Assembly (NCBI RefSeq): GCF_028368995.1
Contig: NZ_JAQNDL010000005.1
Coordinates: forward strand, 128,001 to 192,000
Source: Nannocystis bainbridge
Lineage (GTDB): Bacteria; Myxococcota_A; Polyangia; Nannocystales; Nannocystaceae
DNA length: 64,000 nucleotides
Direction: 5' to 3'
Part shown: piece after piece, positions 63,201 through 64,000 of the stretch
Position numbering within the stretch: position 1 is the first letter of the stretch
How the letters are laid out: each line of letters opens with the position of its first letter
Translations under genes and position numbers: made by a program
Notes under the pieces: generated by a model
The model's input: the letters and a program-made list of their open reading frames with translations, nothing else
What the model was told of the DNA's origin: nothing
Databases searched by the model: none

Positions 63201-64000
63201 ACCATCGCGTCGGCCGCGAAGTAGGCGTTGAGCTCGTCGGCGGTCTTGAAGGTCTGCGCCCGCCGGCCGACGCCCTCGAGGATGCGGTCGGCGGCGGCGA
63301 TGAGGTTCTGCACCCGCGCCTGCCGCTCGTCGAGCAGCGTCTGCTTGCGGGCCTGGAACGCGTCGTGGACCTCCTCGCGCTTGCCCGCGATCTCGCCGAG
63401 GAACTCGTCGAACTCGGAGAATCGACCGGCCAGCTCCTCGAGCTGCACCAGCAGCTTGGCCAGCTGCTCGTCGCATTTCTCGGGCGTGTCGCACAGCGCC
63501 AGCCCCGACGACACCGTCTGGGCGAACAGCTTGAACTGGGCCGCGAACTCGGCCTTGCCCTCGGACGTGAGCAGCTGCTTGCGCACGCTCTGGAAGGTCG
63601 CGCGCACCCGGCCCAGGTGGGCGAACACCGTCGAGATGTCCTCGAGGATCTTCGTCCGCGCCACCGCGTCGCCGACTTGCAGCCCGCTGACCACCTCGGC
63701 CAGCACGTTGAGGCCGTCGCCGACGGCCGCGATGTCCTGCTCGATCGGCTGCAGCTGCGCGGCGTTGTCGACCTTCTCGAGCCTGGCCAGCACCTCGTCG
63801 AGCCGCTTGCCGACGGGGATCAGCGCCTCGCCCTTGACCAGGAACTCGACGCACGCCCGGCTGATGCGGTCGAACTCCTCGACCACCTGCTTCTCGAGCA
63901 CGTCGAGCGCCGCCAGATCGATCGACCGCACCTCGCGGAGGGTGATGACGGCGCCCCGCTGGTTGCGCAGGGCCGTCAGCGCCTGCATGTACTGCTCGAC
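60248..64000 (-). CDS. Large coiled-coil AAA ATPase ('DNA repair ATPase' family), 5' end outside window
   Basis: SPPGYGKTT Walker A, LYLDDIQH Walker B, GNPYTESG..F.IPDMLANRAD; long helical N-terminal part. Confidence 0.85.
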   Translation of the reverse strand, partial: VEQYMQALTALRNQRGAVITLREVRSIDLAALDVLEKQVVEEFDRISRACVEFLVKGEALIPVGKRLDEVLARLEKVDNAAQLQPIEQDIAAVGDGLNVLAEVVSGLQVGDAVARTKILEDISTVFAHLGRVRATFQSVRKQLLTSEGKAEFAAQFKLFAQTVSSGLALCDTPEKCDEQLAKLLVQLEELAGRFSEFDEFLGEIAGKREEVHDAFQARKQTLLDERQARVQNLIAAADRILEGVGRRAQTFKTADELNAYFAADAMVLKAKELVERLMGFGASVKADEISTKITAARQDALRALRDRLELFEEGAQVVKFGTFRFSVNTQVLDLTLVARDGTMAIHLGGTDFYETVEDPEFAKTKEFWNQQLVSEIEQVYRGEYLAASVLFAAERGEHGLTVDKLHAAGREAGGLVDVVRKFAAERYDEGYERGLHDSDAALILDKLLTMYATAGLLRVSPGPRALACLFWAWFDRNELKAVWHRRAQSAGRLRALFGHGAAAEALGGELARAIGEWAQQTGLSFGSGEIHAAGNYLVEELVDERPRFVTSAAAQTLWQELLNALEASGKRRALDDDLRALEGRLRERFELVKAWLEAFAAALPEQAKGASALVEAAALALTDRKLDREVQSAIESTQVTGLLGQHPRIRERTLELRLDEFLGRLGEFARVRVPGFREFRRLRQQLIDRERKRLRLDEFMPKVLTSFVRNKLVSEVYLPLVGANMAKQLGAAGDQKRTDRMGMLLLISPPGYGKTTLMEYVANRLGLVFMKINGPALGHDVVSIDPAEAPNATSAQEVEKVNLALEMGNNVMLYLDDIQHTNPEFLQKFISLCDAQRRIEGVWRGRSRTYDLRGKKFCVVMAGNPYTESGAAFKIPDMLANRADTYNLGDILGGNREAFSLSYIENTLTSNRTLAPLATREQADVYRFVKMARGEEVATTDFSYGYSGAEVQEVVGVVKHLFRVQEVLLRVNQEYIASAAMDDKFRTEPAFKLQGSYRNMNKLAEKVAAAMTGEEVDRLVDDHYAGEAQTLTVAAEQNLLKLAEMRGRLQGERAERWAMIKREFQRVRSLGGAADDPGVRVAGQLSVLAERVEQVKDSLLLASEREAANGKELQQAQMAQQARLVELMAQAQAQARAPEPDKKLATLPMPSVAPPTTGGLDWARPIVGRIASALEGLNQATLKVDVHNEPPAGVQELLAQQVAIVERTLIPLVRAATGNLQDVRGLQDRVDQMLGMLQEIDEILKGKFLR

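Overview
High-GC (~70-75%) chromosomal window from a myxobacterium. The MYXO-CTERM tails, cysteine-rich DUF4215/vWA lipoproteins and TSP3-OmpA suggest Nannocystaceae/Polyangiales; this is an inference. Recognisable genes are icd, udk, a divergent recA, clpS-clpA, SDR-type tdh plus kbl, rnr, htpG, a sigma54 two-component pair, prolyl oligopeptidase, neutral ceramidase, an M14 peptidase and many secreted or lipoproteins. There is no transposase, integrase or CRISPR array. Four signals stand out that the ORF track does not explain. (1) A class I release-factor paralogue that lacks domain 1 (PxT and GGQ motifs present) is split by a textbook prfB-type +1 frameshift cassette (SD-like CGGGAG, 3 nt, CUU UGA C). 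Upstream of it are a sigma70 promoter, a UGA-terminated leader peptide and a structure that can sequester the RBS. (2) A 14-bp palindromic motif, TGTC-N6-GACA, occurs at least 25 times, often tiled head-to-tail at exact 14-bp period, both between and inside genes. (3) Two tandem tRNA-Ala genes share the same 2x2 pyrimidine mismatch in the acceptor stem and lie in one putative operon with a small ORF and an HNH nuclease. (4) A relay of mini-ORFs linked by RTGA stop/start overlaps connects a UbiA prenyltransferase to a radical SAM gene. All calls come from reading motifs by eye; no database searches were run.
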